Counted from the stretch's first letter, positions 31,044 to 42,194 are shown. The stretch is DNA of 64,000 nucleotides from an uncultured virus (IMG/VR IMGVR_UViG_3300048581_000043) (IMGVR_UViG_3300048581_000043), one strand, 5' to 3'. Made by a program: numbers and translations. The notes: generated by a model not told the origin, from the sequence alone.

Positions 31044-31240
31044 ATGACTTAACACTTGGAAGGGTTTATCCTCTTTGACTCACTGCCGGTTTAGCTAATT
31101 CCGGGCTTATGGCTATTGCCAAAGATATTCGTGTTACCTTGTGAAGTAGCGTTCAATAACCGCTTTACCCCATCTATCGTAAATTCACCAAGTTATTTTG
31201 AAGAATTCGCTGCATGTCTTTAAGTCTAAAAAGACTTAAT
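31044..31240 (-). ncRNA. Possible structured ncRNA or cis-regulatory RNA
   Basis: ORF-free ~200 nt bounded by GACTTAA/TTAAGTC, with internal hairpins (AGCG..CGCT, CCGG..CCGG). Confidence 0.3.
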
Positions 31241-31276
31241 ATATAGTTACCTATAATCCATGCCGACCCACCTATT

Positions 31277-31555
31277 TTACAAACAAGTTAATTCTGCAGG
31301 AATATTAAGAAAAAAATGAGATAAAAAATAACCGATCAAATCATATCTATTGTTTTGATGCAAATATAACAGATAATGATTTTCAGAAAGTTTTTTTATA
31401 GTAGAAGCACCTATAGCTTCTAACGCATAAGGATTTATACTAGTAACTCTCCAACTCGTACCTTTAAAATAAGGATTAATGCCTACGGTTGTATTAGTTA
31501 AAACAATTAAATCTCCAACCCTTATTCTCGCACCTAATCTTTCCTCTTGCATCAA
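31277..31555 (-). CDS. Hypothetical protein, C-terminal-tag family (NIPAELTCL)
   Basis: Shared C-terminus; N-terminal RVGDLIVL. Confidence 0.6.
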   Translation of the reverse strand: MMQEERLGARIRVGDLIVLTNTTVGINPYFKGTSWRVTSINPYALEAIGASTIKKLSENHYLLYLHQNNRYDLIGYFLSHFFLNIPAELTCL

Positions 31556-31703
31556 AGTCTCCCAAAATGAGAAACTAAATAAAATATAGCCACCAAAAAT
31601 ATCGCAATAGGCAATATTTTAATTATAATTTCTCCAATAGCCTCAATTATTAAAACAGCAAAAGACAATATAATTAAAATAGCCGCAATAGTTAAAAGCA
31701 TAA

Positions 31704-32267
31704 TCACCTCGGATAAAGTTCTTCTAATCTATGCAATATATAATAAGCCTTGGCACAAACTAAGCCACCTGGATTATGCTGTTTCCACATAAAGATCTCT
31801 TTATGAAGATCCTTATAATTCCAAGTATGTACGATCATTGGTTCTTTGGGATCTGACTGCCAGGTTAAATCTTGTACGCAATCAAAAGCTAAGTAAGCTT
31901 TAACAGTTTCATCTGTCAATCCGGAACTTGAAGGTATTTCATCTACAAACATACTTCTATCAGCAACTAACCCGGTTTCTTCATGGAGTTCTCTATTCAT
32001 AGCACATAAAGGACTCTCGCCTTCATCAACTAGTCCTGCTGGAAAGGCCAAGACACGTCTTCCAACTGGAATCCTAAACTGATCTACCATAACAATTTGT
32101 TTATCGCTCATAGGAGTAAAATATTCTCCAATTAAAGGAGCTACCATTACTATCTCGCAACCACGAGAAACATATTCCCAATTATCTTTAACTTTTAATT
32201 TAAGAAACTTACCTTCAAAAACTGTTTTGTCATTATTCATCGATATCTCCTTATCAATTACAAACAA
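31704..32267 (-). CDS. Nudix hydrolase (ADP-ribose pyrophosphatase-like); likely start at MNNDK
   Basis: QFRIP, FPAGLVDEGESPLCAMNRELHEETG Nudix box. Confidence 0.9.
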   Translation of the reverse strand: MFVIDKEISMNNDKTVFEGKFLKLKVKDNWEYVSRGCEIVMVAPLIGEYFTPMSDKQIVMVDQFRIPVGRRVLAFPAGLVDEGESPLCAMNRELHEETGLVADRSMFVDEIPSSSGLTDETVKAYLAFDCVQDLTWQSDPKEPMIVHTWNYKDLHKEIFMWKQHNPGGLVCAKAYYILHRLEELYPR

Positions 32268-32611
32268 GTTAATTCTGCAGGAATATTATAAGAACTTCCA
32301 AAAACTATATTAGGATACAGAAGATAAGGCATAAACCATTCATCTAAATTTTTACCTATTAAATAAATACTGTAGTAATGACAAAGACACATTGAAAGAT
32401 ATTCGCATTTATGCGCTCCAGTTTCTCCATCTGCTACTTTCCAATTAGACTCATTAATCTTTTTAATTTTTATAGGGTGAGAAACAAAAAATTTCTTATT
32501 TATAAACGGATCATCTGCGGATGTTACAAAAGTTAATGTTTGACCTACTTTTAAACTATTCACCAATTCTTGATTACACATTATTTCCCCTATATAAATA
32601 ATTAAAGACAA
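32258..32611 (-). CDS. Hypothetical protein, C-terminal-tag family (NIPAELTCL)
   Basis: Paralogue of 32602-32985 (DP.INKKFFVSH). Confidence 0.65.
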   Translation of the reverse strand: MSLIIYIGEIMCNQELVNSLKVGQTLTFVTSADDPFINKKFFVSHPIKIKKINESNWKVADGETGAHKCEYLSMCLCHYYSIYLIGKNLDEWFMPYLLYPNIVFGSSYNIPAELTCL

Positions 32612-32985
32612 GTCAATTCTTTGGGAATATCTAAAGTATTCTTTAAAAACATATTCTCATTAGTAGAATTGTAAGGTTTAAACCATTCATCTAAATTATC
32701 ACTTATTGAAAAAAGATTATTAAAATGATGACATACGCATTTTTTGTCTGAAGGACATTGACAAAAATTAGCCTTATACACGCTCCAATGTTCTTCATCA
32801 ACTTTAAAAATTTTAATAAGATGAGAAACAAAAAATTTCTTATTTATATACGGATCTTTTATAGATGTCATAAAACACGCAGTTTTGCCTATCGCTAAGC
32901 TTCTTACTAAGTCTCTATTAGGATACATAGGTTTATACACATTTAGAATCATTTGAACCCTTACTACTGATTTTCTTTTTGACAA
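32602..32985 (-). CDS. Hypothetical protein, C-terminal-tag family (DIPKELTCL)
   Basis: Paralogue of 32258-32611. Confidence 0.65.
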   Translation of the reverse strand: MSKRKSVVRVQMILNVYKPMYPNRDLVRSLAIGKTACFMTSIKDPYINKKFFVSHLIKIFKVDEEHWSVYKANFCQCPSDKKCVCHHFNNLFSISDNLDEWFKPYNSTNENMFLKNTLDIPKELTCL

Positions 32986-33509
32986 TCCTTTTTAGGAAAA
33001 TCATATTTTTGATTTTCATTTATCCCAACTAATTTTCGAATTGTATCAAAATTTACAGGATAATAATTCCAATTCTCAACTCCAACATTAATATAATGAT
33101 TGCCTTGCATTTTTTGACTATGTAAATGCCCATGAATATTTACATAAGGCATATTTTCATTCAAGTACACAGGCTCATGAGAAAGAATAAAAAACTTCTT
33201 AAAGATAATCGGCATATCAAATACTTTCTCAAACCCAACATCTAGATACCAAGCATCTGTGTGGTTATCGTGATTTCCTTTGATAAGCCAATTTCTTCCA
33301 TTTATAGTTGACATATAATCTTTTAGAGCTTCTTTATGTACAAAAGCAACGTCTCCCAAATTGATTACTATATCATTCTTCTTAACAACTTCATTATGTC
33401 GTTTTTTAATTTCATCATTCATCTGAATATAATCAACAAAAGGTCTTTTCTCATAAAGAATAATATTACTATGCCAAAGATGCCAATCAGAAGTTAACCA
33501 ATAACTCAT
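32964..33509 (-). CDS. Calcineurin-like phosphoesterase
   Basis: SDWH, LGD, GNHD, SHEP, HGHLH, NVGVE. Confidence 0.9.
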   Translation of the reverse strand: MSYWLTSDWHLWHSNIILYEKRPFVDYIQMNDEIKKRHNEVVKKNDIVINLGDVAFVHKEALKDYMSTINGRNWLIKGNHDNHTDAWYLDVGFEKVFDMPIIFKKFFILSHEPVYLNENMPYVNIHGHLHSQKMQGNHYINVGVENWNYYPVNFDTIRKLVGINENQKYDFPKKDCQKENQ

Positions 33510-34240
33510 ATCAGCTCCTTAGAGCAATGTTAAATCTTTTATTGATTCATTAATATTTTCACGACCCAAAAATTCAAACCATTTATTTAGGAAGTCGGTT
33601 ATCCCAATTGGACACCCTATACCACAAGAACAAAAACAGTCAGTATTTTTTCCCGAACATTTTGGTCCGGTCCATTCCATCAAGCTTACAACAAAATCTC
33701 CGGTCTTTTTAAGAGTAAAAACGTGATTACCTGCTCCATAATATAATGGATGCTCATCCACAAAGCTTCTATTTCCTGTAAGATCTAACCTATTGGTTCT
33801 AAGACGAATAGTTTCTCCTACAGATAACATCTCAATTTTTGATTTTACAGTTTCCATATTATTCCTTACAATACTGTTAACTCTTTATTCACAATAGGAT
33901 CCGGAATAAAAATAAATTCTAACCAATTAAAAAGATTTGTTTCTGTTAAACGCCATGTCAAGCTTCTGTCACATTGACAAAAACAATTTTCATGTTCTGC
34001 TTTTTTACATTGAACACCAGAAAAAGAAATGATTTCAAAGCGTTTTAGTAATCTACTTGTTTCTATAACGTATCCTTCTTCATAATCATTCCCTACAATT
34101 CTAATCAAGAATGTATGAAAACCAGCATCCCCTGTATCATAATCCTTACGCCCAGTTTGAGCTCTAAGTATAGTTCCATATGGTAAATTTAAAAGTTTAT
34201 TTCGTTTTTGAAGAACATAGTCTACCATTATTTCTCTAGT

Positions 34241-35311
34241 CTAAATCTTATATAATGAGCATTGCCGGTTGCAAGCTAAAAGTTTATTACGAAACTTCTT
34301 GGTTTCTTCGCTATTCCAAATGTCTTGAAAATTGTTAGCTAATAATATGTCTTGACCTTTAATATCCATACCTGGACAAAAACTACAAGGCCAACATTTC
34401 CCATTCACATCGATATAAAATGAAAAAGCAGAACTTTCACATGGCTCAACTATTTGTTTAAGTTCTTCTTTATTAGGATAATCTTCAGTAGCTGTTAGAA
34501 ACTTATGCGCTGAACAACTATCCATGCCGAAGGAAACATTAAGTTCTGTAGCTTTATCGATTAATTTTTTGAAATCTTCTTGGGAAACTGGATGAAAATT
34601 TGTACCACGGCCTTTTTGTTTAAGAGAAAGGAAAACAATTGAATTCAGTTTCGCTAAACGAGGATCAATCAACCTATCATAAATAGTATCCAAGCACCAC
34701 TTATAATTTTCTTGACAAACCATAATATGAATATTGCATTGTTTTAAACCACGATCAGTCAATCTTTTAACGGAATCATAACAAATATTCCTATTTTCAT
34801 AACGCGAAATAGCAACGGCACCCACTAATCCGACTAATTGATCAGCTAGCTCATCTGAAACATTAGCCAAAGTTACATTAGGAATAACTCCATGCTCTTT
34901 AGTATATTTCATAATAGCTAACATATCAGGATTGGATAAACCAGTTGAATCCACACCAAATGCAATTTGGCACACTGATTTAGGCAATTTATCAAATATC
35001 TTTTTAAAAGTATCTAAAGACATTCCAGTCTTACCGGATTTAATGTTACTTTTATAACAAAAACTACAAGTCCTCTCAACGCCATCATATCCAGTAACAC
35101 CTTGACAAGAATTAACAATCTCTATATCTAAAATTTCTGGCATAGGAGCAAATTGAGGATCTTCTTCTTTAGTTTTTCCCCATCTAGCAAAAAAACCAGT
35201 TTGCTTATCAAAAACAAAATTATAATTAGGAGAAATAAGTGTCTTAGATTTTGAAGAATCAATTATCTTTAAAGACATAGCTTCTCCTTGTATTAGTGGT
35301 GACTTATACAA
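34241..35311 (-). CDS. Radical SAM protein with C-terminal SPASM/twitch-like region
   Basis: C(x12)CSFCY variant of CxxxCxxC; C-terminal CESSAFSFYID..G...PCSF...W...C..C. Confidence 0.8.
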   Translation of the reverse strand: MYKSPLIQGEAMSLKIIDSSKSKTLISPNYNFVFDKQTGFFARWGKTKEEDPQFAPMPEILDIEIVNSCQGVTGYDGVERTCSFCYKSNIKSGKTGMSLDTFKKIFDKLPKSVCQIAFGVDSTGLSNPDMLAIMKYTKEHGVIPNVTLANVSDELADQLVGLVGAVAISRYENRNICYDSVKRLTDRGLKQCNIHIMVCQENYKWCLDTIYDRLIDPRLAKLNSIVFLSLKQKGRGTNFHPVSQEDFKKLIDKATELNVSFGMDSCSAHKFLTATEDYPNKEELKQIVEPCESSAFSFYIDVNGKCWPCSFCPGMDIKGQDILLANNFQDIWNSEETKKFRNKLLACNRQCSLYKI

Positions 35312-35811
35312 AATCCTTCCAGCCTCTTAAAAAGATTACCATGCTCAAGAGCGCAATTATAATCTCCATTTTCATCTGAATATTCGAATAAATAAACATC
35401 TTTATCTTTATTGGCTTCTAAAAAAGGATTCAATATAGAAGAACCATGTTTTTGACATTCCTCTTGATACTTAAACCAATCTATATTGCCAAATTCATCA
35501 CCAAATTTTTCATAATCAGGCATACCTTCAATATCACTTTGAATAGTACCGGATCCCATTTCTTCAACAAGTTTTTCTAAAGAAACAGGTCCTTTCTTCA
35601 TATCGGCAAAAACATCTTAAGCAACTTCGCCAGTAGACCATCCTTTTGGGGGGTGGTGAAGACCATAAGTATCAGGAAATGGATTAAGGTATACTTTTTC
35701 ATTATCGAAAAGCAATTTTTGTAACTGATCTGCAGTTTTAATAGTCTTAAGTATAGCAACGATAAAGCTGCTAGAGCTTGAATTGCTTACAAAACCTGTT
35801 CTGATTTTCAT
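35293..35811 (-). pseudogene. MKIRxGFVSNSSS-family protein split by an in-frame TAA at 35617-35619
   Basis: ORFs 35617-35811 and 35293-35601 are in the same frame: ...GEVA*DVFADMKKG... Confidence 0.65.
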
Positions 35812-35820
35812 GACTCTCCT

Positions 35821-36141
35821 TTAATCATTAGGCCAATCTTCATTCTCTTCTTCGAACCAAAGTACTTTTTTAGGACTTACTAATATTTTATATAAAAAAT
35901 ATTTCATACTGAAATTCGTCATATCAGTCTCGCATTTAATTTGAGTTTTATTTTCAGTAACACGCCAATCATCACGAAAAGGATTATAACCTAAGTAATC
36001 ACACATTTCTCTGCCAAAATGAGTTTTAGCATAGTGCGTATGAATCCTTAAGGCTTTTAATTGTTCTAAAGTAAGATTTTCTTTACGAATAATAAAACTT
36101 GAAGAACTAGAATTACTAACAAATCCTACTCGGATTTTCAT
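35821..36141 (-). CDS. MKIRxGFVSNSSS-family protein
   Basis: N-terminus MKIRVGFVSNSSSSSF. Confidence 0.75.
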   Translation of the reverse strand: MKIRVGFVSNSSSSSFIIRKENLTLEQLKALRIHTHYAKTHFGREMCDYLGYNPFRDDWRVTENKTQIKCETDMTNFSMKYFLYKILVSPKKVLWFEEENEDWPND

Positions 36142-37351
36142 TCTCCTACTGCCTTTCTAATATCATCAAAAGAACTAAGCTTAGTTAGATTATGTTTATT
36201 AATCCACCCATCAACTGCCCCAATATCTAATATTCCTTTTGTATAAAAAGAAGTAGCGAAAATTGCTATTGATAATCTAATAAACATATCGAAATCTTCA
36301 TCGGAAATTCTAGAAGCCTTTTTAAATTCTAATATATCTTCAGGATTACGCTCTATAAAAGATATCAATTTAACGATTGCCATTGAATTAAAAATGTTTA
36401 TGTTATCGTTATTAATAGGCAACTTATATTTCGTTAATACCCGAGCATAAGCACCTTTTTCATTAAAAACCACTTCTACATGGTTTAGATTCTCTAATAA
36501 AGCTGAAACTTCTAAGAAAGAAAGAAAATGACCGCCTAACATATAATAAAACTTGAACATGGGATCGATAGTCTCAATCTTAGAATTATTGGGCAAATCA
36601 CTTAAAACACTTTTGCGTAAAACATCCAAATATTTAGCATAAATCGTTTTAGAAATGGGTTTATCCATCTTGGTACTCAAAATATATTGAGAGATATCTT
36701 CTAGTTCACAAGCATAAGCTGCCAAATAAGTAAACAACCTAGATCTTTTTAATGCTTCGTCTTCTTGACTTGAAGAATGAGCTGAATTTATAGAAGAAAT
36801 AGATGAGCCTGACATCATCTGCTTAAAATTATCTAAAGAAAAACTAAACAAAGACATAAGCTCTCCTTATAGCCAAGAGATAAAAGGCAGGTTAGGTAAA
36901 CGTTGAACAAGCATTTTGTTAAGATCTATAAGTGTAATAAAATCTATAGATCTTGTTATTTGAGTATTGAACTTAGCATTATCAGGATCTGCTTTGGCAC
37001 TTGTATAACGAGTAAAACTTAATGTAATAGCAATACGCTGACTATGCAATTGATCATAAAATTCGCCATCGCCATTGTCACTACGTTCCATGGTAGTAAA
37101 GTTTACTGGAACTAAAGAAATAGCATTCAAAGTTATATCTTGTGTTAGTTCACGATAACGTTTATGATATTCTCCAAATTTTATATCAGTTATTCTATAA
37201 GGAATAAGGGTGTCATCAGATCTGGTTGCGGGACTAAATACTGAACATTTAGGATTTGTTTTTAATACAAACAAATTACCAACACGAAATTTGGGATGAA
37301 GCCATACAGGAAAATCATAATTGTTATGTTCAATATTTAAATTTTCAAATT

Positions 37352-37723
37352 TCATTCCATACGCTCGCTTCCAACAATATTTTTAAGTCCAGTAGTGAAC
37401 CTTGCCTCCTTAAATCCATGCTCTCTAAGAATCCGAGTACAAATAGGACAAGGTTTGGCCAAGCCAATCTTACCATTATTATTAAGACGAGCTACATATA
37501 CGGTTGCGCCCATCATCTCTGATAACCGAAGCTTACTTAAAGCTGCAATTTCAGCATGAGTCTTCTTAATTGGACCCATTAAGGGATGAGATTTAAGAGA
37601 ATTGCATCCTCTGGATAAAATTTTCCCAGCAGAACTAATAACAACTGCTCCCAAACGGTGCTGCTTATGTTTGCCCTTAAGTGCTTCCAAACAAGCTATT
37701 CGAAGGATAGTTGAATCATTCAT
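37352..37723 (-). CDS. Zn-dependent cytidine/deoxycytidylate-type deaminase
   Basis: HAE...AKPCPIC. Confidence 0.88.
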   Translation of the reverse strand: MNDSTILRIACLEALKGKHKQHRLGAVVISSAGKILSRGCNSLKSHPLMGPIKKTHAEIAALSKLRLSEMMGATVYVARLNNNGKIGLAKPCPICTRILREHGFKEARFTTGLKNIVGSERME

Positions 37724-37984
37724 TATTTCCTCACATTAGTTCCTCGCAACCTAAACAGAACCCTTCTGGAGATAAATCATTTACGTTACAAGGTTCTCCG
37801 CATCCTTCGCAGAATCTTTGTTCTTCTGGAACATCTTCTTCGGTATCATCTTCTAATCTGATATCTTCAGGTACAAACAAACGTGATACCATATAAACTC
37901 CTTAAACAGAAGACCCTATGCAGCCAACTTCAGTAGCCCATTCATCAGCATACTTGTACTTATTTTGAACCATAGGGTCCTCTG

Positions 37985-39331
37985 CTATTCGTTAAAATTA
38001 CTATCTATCGTTCCAAAGATATTCTTAACATCAGTTTCTTTCATAAAGAATTCTTTAGTATTAACTCCATTCCAAGCGCATCCAAAAGAATTTAACCAAG
38101 CTCCTTTAGGAGTACTGGCTAAAAATTTGGTAGCATACAAGATAACATAACAAGCCGCTTGAACGTTAACCATAATGTTCTGAGGGTCAGCAATAGCTCT
38201 TTCTTCACAAGAAAGTTCTGTATTAAGTTTATCATTAGCCTTTAAAAAGATATCAGGATAAACCCAAGTTACTGGTGGAGTAATATGACCCATAAAAACA
38301 TCAAAATCTCTGGTCTTAGCTATAGCCGCGACACCCAAGGCCAAGCTTGAATCAGTATTAGCCTCCCGCATAGTATCGAGAAAACTTACCTGAGTATCAA
38401 GACTTGTTTTATTGGCAGTAGATATCCAATTTTCACAAGCTTTTTCAGCATTGGTTCCCAAAATTATTGCACCAGTGTTGACATTGGTAGAATTAAAAAG
38501 GTGTAATATTTTATTAGAACCACCTTGAGAATCAAGTACGGTATCATAATTAACAAAAACTTGACCCGAAGAGGTTTCATTACCTGAATCAATCCAACAA
38601 CACGAAGTAACTCTACTACTTCCAAAAGTTGAAAATGGATTTTTATGTGCCTTACCTTTAATCTTTGTATATCCTAAAGTCTCACTAATCAAAGTACGAG
38701 TTTTATTGTTATCGACACAAGAAATAATCAGAATGTTAAATTGCAACATCCGATTCTTATACTCGGTCTTCAAACCAAAATCACGCACTACTGTTTGACA
38801 AAAATTTTCACTGAATATTTTGCCAATATTCTCTTCTGTCAAATGTTGCGGTAAGGCCAAGCAATTGATACCAAAAGCTTTACTATAACGCGCAGCCAAA
38901 ACCTCAACTTTCTTCTTACCAACATCACCTGGTAAAAAGTTTTGACGAATCAGATTTTTACTTTCAACCTCATCCTCATCCATCAAGACCATAGCAACAT
39001 ATTTCGAATATGGCAAAGTTGAAACATAACGACCCAGATCCCTTACCACATATCCGCCAGTGCCACCAGCACCAACCACAAACACAAGATTAAAAACAAA
39101 TGGATTATTACGACCAGCCTCAGTTTCGGCAGTCATATTAAGCATACTATTCCAATAAGGCAAAGTTGGAATACTATTAATGACTTCCAGAACTGGACCC
39201 TCAATCTCTACTGGTTCGGGCTCGCTTGTAGCTACTGCAATCACAGGTTCTTGATGCTGTTCACTCGGCATAGTAGGCAACGATTCATCTAGCAACAACC
39301 AAGACAAATCCTCTTCACCGTTGTCATCCAT
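37985..39331 (-). CDS. ThiF/E1-like activating enzyme (PRTRC-type)
   Basis: VVGAGGTGG, D.VE.KNL.RQ, K...LA.RY, SCVDN..TR, WIDSGN...GQ, SCEE. Confidence 0.9.
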   Translation of the reverse strand: MDDNGEEDLSWLLLDESLPTMPSEQHQEPVIAVATSEPEPVEIEGPVLEVINSIPTLPYWNSMLNMTAETEAGRNNPFVFNLVFVVGAGGTGGYVVRDLGRYVSTLPYSKYVAMVLMDEDEVESKNLIRQNFLPGDVGKKKVEVLAARYSKAFGINCLALPQHLTEENIGKIFSENFCQTVVRDFGLKTEYKNRMLQFNILIISCVDNNKTRTLISETLGYTKIKGKAHKNPFSTFGSSRVTSCCWIDSGNETSSGQVFVNYDTVLDSQGGSNKILHLFNSTNVNTGAIILGTNAEKACENWISTANKTSLDTQVSFLDTMREANTDSSLALGVAAIAKTRDFDVFMGHITPPVTWVYPDIFLKANDKLNTELSCEERAIADPQNIMVNVQAACYVILYATKFLASTPKGAWLNSFGCAWNGVNTKEFFMKETDVKNIFGTIDSNFNE

Positions 39332-39342
39332 TTATTTTCTCC

Positions 39343-40758
39343 TTATTCGTGTTGACTTTTAATATAGCGCACTATATGACGACGCCAAGTTGGATTTTCA
39401 AGTAGAGTACTCAACAAAATCCGCATAGCAGCCTCATGATGAACTTCCATCATCGCATTTCTGGCATGGTATTTTAACCAACCATAAGGTTCGTTATTCA
39501 TACCGCCGGTAGATTGCATTGAAGAAAAGTCTCTACGACCTCTAAAAGTCTTGAAATTCAAGTTTTCAAAAGACTGTTGTGCGGGATCATTAAAATCTTG
39601 TTCTTGCCAATCATCCAACCCAGTTGAGCCTTGATAGGTTTGCAACTGCAAAGGCGCCGCAGATAACAAATGCACCTTAGTTAGCCATTCCTCTGGGAAA
39701 GACAAAGCTTCAACAATAGAAGATTCATCAATTAAATCTTTACGTTCAATTGTATGATAGTTACCATCAATTCCCATACGAAAAAGATTATCATATCCAG
39801 TTGCAGTAATCTTCCCGATTACACCATAAAATTGATTGCCTTTTTCATCAGCATCATCAACACTAGAGAAAAACGCTCCCATAGTATTGTGCGAATGAAT
39901 ATCAAGTACCTTAATTACTCCATCTTTCTCAATACGAGGATTATGGAATTCTTCAGGTTTTGGTTCCCCTAACAACTTGCAGCATTTGCAATTAGGGTCA
40001 TAATTACTATATTCATGTTTGCAATACTCAATATGCCCTCCACTAACTTGTTGACGAGGACATTCAATAAAATATTCCTTGGTATTGTTATCCCAATAAA
40101 ACTGAACCATTACTTCAGTAACACCGCTATGTCCCTCATTTACATAATGCCGAAATAAAGCTAGTACCTGACTAAACAAGTGCCCAGGAATACTAGGAGT
40201 TTTAAGCGAAAATGAAGGTGTTAAGATCTGATATTGACCAGGAATAATAACATCAGAAGCTAATTTAATACGTGAATCCTTAGCAACCAATCGATAAGCA
40301 TCGCAATCATAAATCGACCAAAACCCGTCTCTTTGCAAATAAAGATTCTTAGGTCGCTCAAGTTTTTCTTGCCAAATATCTCCATTAAAATCAATCTTCA
40401 TACCAATCATAAGACGTTCAATCTCAGCTTGAGCATTAGGATCTAATTTAGGAGCAGGTGGAGTATAAGGAACATTTTCAGGAGGCAAATAACCATTCAA
40501 AATATAATTCCAAACATATCCTGATTGATAAGTTTTAGATGGCCAAACCTCAGGATCCAGATTACGACTTTTCAGGTAATCGGACTGAGATAGCCAAGCC
40601 TTATATTGGGGACTCCAATAATACCCCAAACCTGGATACGTTTCATAAATTTTGGGTACAAAAGAAACACTTTCCTCTTGTTTGATATTTTGATCTACGA
40701 TAGGAAGATTTTCCCCCAAAACAGTATTCTTACTCCAAAACTTACGCTTCTTTTCCAT
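39343..40758 (-). CDS. JAB/MPN metallopeptidase (PRTRC protein A-like)
   Basis: EVMVQ...P.Q.VS...DIHSHNTMGAFFSSVDDADE (HxH-x7-S-x2-D). Confidence 0.88.
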   Translation of the reverse strand: MEKKRKFWSKNTVLGENLPIVDQNIKQEESVSFVPKIYETYPGLGYYWSPQYKAWLSQSDYLKSRNLDPEVWPSKTYQSGYVWNYILNGYLPPENVPYTPPAPKLDPNAQAEIERLMIGMKIDFNGDIWQEKLERPKNLYLQRDGFWSIYDCDAYRLVAKDSRIKLASDVIIPGQYQILTPSFSLKTPSIPGHLFSQVLALFRHYVNEGHSGVTEVMVQFYWDNNTKEYFIECPRQQVSGGHIEYCKHEYSNYDPNCKCCKLLGEPKPEEFHNPRIEKDGVIKVLDIHSHNTMGAFFSSVDDADEKGNQFYGVIGKITATGYDNLFRMGIDGNYHTIERKDLIDESSIVEALSFPEEWLTKVHLLSAAPLQLQTYQGSTGLDDWQEQDFNDPAQQSFENLNFKTFRGRRDFSSMQSTGGMNNEPYGWLKYHARNAMMEVHHEAAMRILLSTLLENPTWRRHIVRYIKSQHE

Positions 40759-40775
40759 ACTTAATACCTCCAGGT

Positions 40776-41651
40776 TTAATATCTAGCGATTATTTCTTCT
40801 AAATCATTTTTTAAAGTCGATTTTCTTACTCGAATACCTGACAACCCTCTACTTTCAAGTTTTCGAGTTTCGATAACGATTTTTTCCATAGTTTCCAGGT
40901 CCAAGAACTTTCCTTCAAGAGAATTAACAGAAGTTGAAAGTCTATTACCGGCAACCATAAATGGAAGCGCATAAAAATACCAATCACTACCTGCCAAATC
41001 TGTGTTGAATATAGAATCTTCAAAAGAAAATCCCAAACCTGTACAATTTTGAGGAGTAACAGAATTCATATTGATAGTTGAACCCCAACAAGTCTTACTA
41101 AAAGCTCCAAATTGGTTATGACCAGGGGCACAATAAAGATTAGGCAGTGTAAAAGAATACACAGGAGCATCTTCATTTAGTACAGTATTATCACACCAAG
41201 CAGCCCAAGTATCTTGTAATTGATAAGTCTCATCCGATGCGGAAGCCTTCTTGAATACATGAACTTGTAAAAGATTTGGCCAATAAATTGGTACATTTAC
41301 ACGCCCTCTATTATATAGACTCTCAATTGGTTCACCTAGAATCTGTTGAATTATATCACTATGGCTACTACCATATTGGCCATTGAATTGACCAAGACGT
41401 TTACTTGTTTCGCAAACCACATACAGTTTACCATTGGAGCCCTCTCGAAAATGTTTTAAAGCCCCATAATCAGAACCTTCGGTCTTAAAAAAAGGACTTT
41501 TAGTAAGACGGAATGGAGTATATTTTTGAGAAACTGCTTCAAACAAATCCCTGGTAAACATTGGAAGAACTCGACTAAGCCCAGTTTCCAAATTTTGAAT
41601 AGTAACACTAGAACTAACAAGCCCCAATTCGATATCAATTTTGTTATTCAT
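40776..41651 (-). CDS. Prokaryotic E2-like protein (E2 family D / PRTRC protein B-like)
   Basis: WPNL...PVY...LPNLY...TCWG...F..S.FNTDL. Confidence 0.75.
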   Translation of the reverse strand: MNNKIDIELGLVSSSVTIQNLETGLSRVLPMFTRDLFEAVSQKYTPFRLTKSPFFKTEGSDYGALKHFREGSNGKLYVVCETSKRLGQFNGQYGSSHSDIIQQILGEPIESLYNRGRVNVPIYWPNLLQVHVFKKASASDETYQLQDTWAAWCDNTVLNEDAPVYSFTLPNLYCAPGHNQFGAFSKTCWGSTINMNSVTPQNCTGLGFSFEDSIFNTDLAGSDWYFYALPFMVAGNRLSTSVNSLEGKFLDLETMEKIVIETRKLESRGLSGIRVRKSTLKNDLEEIIARY

Positions 41652-41660
41652 ATTCTCTCC

Positions 41661-42194
41661 TTAACAGAAATCTTCATCAGAAGCCATAGCCGTAGATACG
41701 CCCATGTTTTGATTCATAGCTTTATCTTGGATTAACCTAAAAACTTCTTCGTTATTATTCGTATAAAATGGTCTTCTAGCCATTGGCATAATCATCAATG
41801 AGTTCTCACTATTAAAATATAAGTAATTAAAGATTGCTTTAACAAAGACATCTTCACCGAGATCTTTAAGTACCTTATAATACATTGTTGAGAATTGTGG
41901 ATCTTTTAACAAATAATCAGTAAAATATTGGTTAAAAAAATCTAAAGAACTTGTTAATACTCTTGTACTAATTTCTGGGTCTGCTATAACCTTTGGATCA
42001 ATCTCTTTAAAAAAGGTCGTATTTTCATCTGATAAACATACATTTTCTGGAAGACTTTGTACAAATCCATGAACAAGATCTTCAATCATCAATGCAAAAG
42101 GGTCTTTAACTTTTTCAATTTTAACTGGAACAGCTTTTACTTTTGTTTTAAAGACCTTATTGCATTTTGTTTTTTTAACAAGTTTCTTTTTCAT
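41661..42194 (-). CDS. Hypothetical protein in the Ubl cluster
   Basis: 177-aa ORF with RBS, between E2 and Ubl genes. Confidence 0.6.
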   Translation of the reverse strand: MKKKLVKKTKCNKVFKTKVKAVPVKIEKVKDPFALMIEDLVHGFVQSLPENVCLSDENTTFFKEIDPKVIADPEISTRVLTSSLDFFNQYFTDYLLKDPQFSTMYYKVLKDLGEDVFVKAIFNYLYFNSENSLMIMPMARRPFYTNNNEEVFRLIQDKAMNQNMGVSTAMASDEDFC

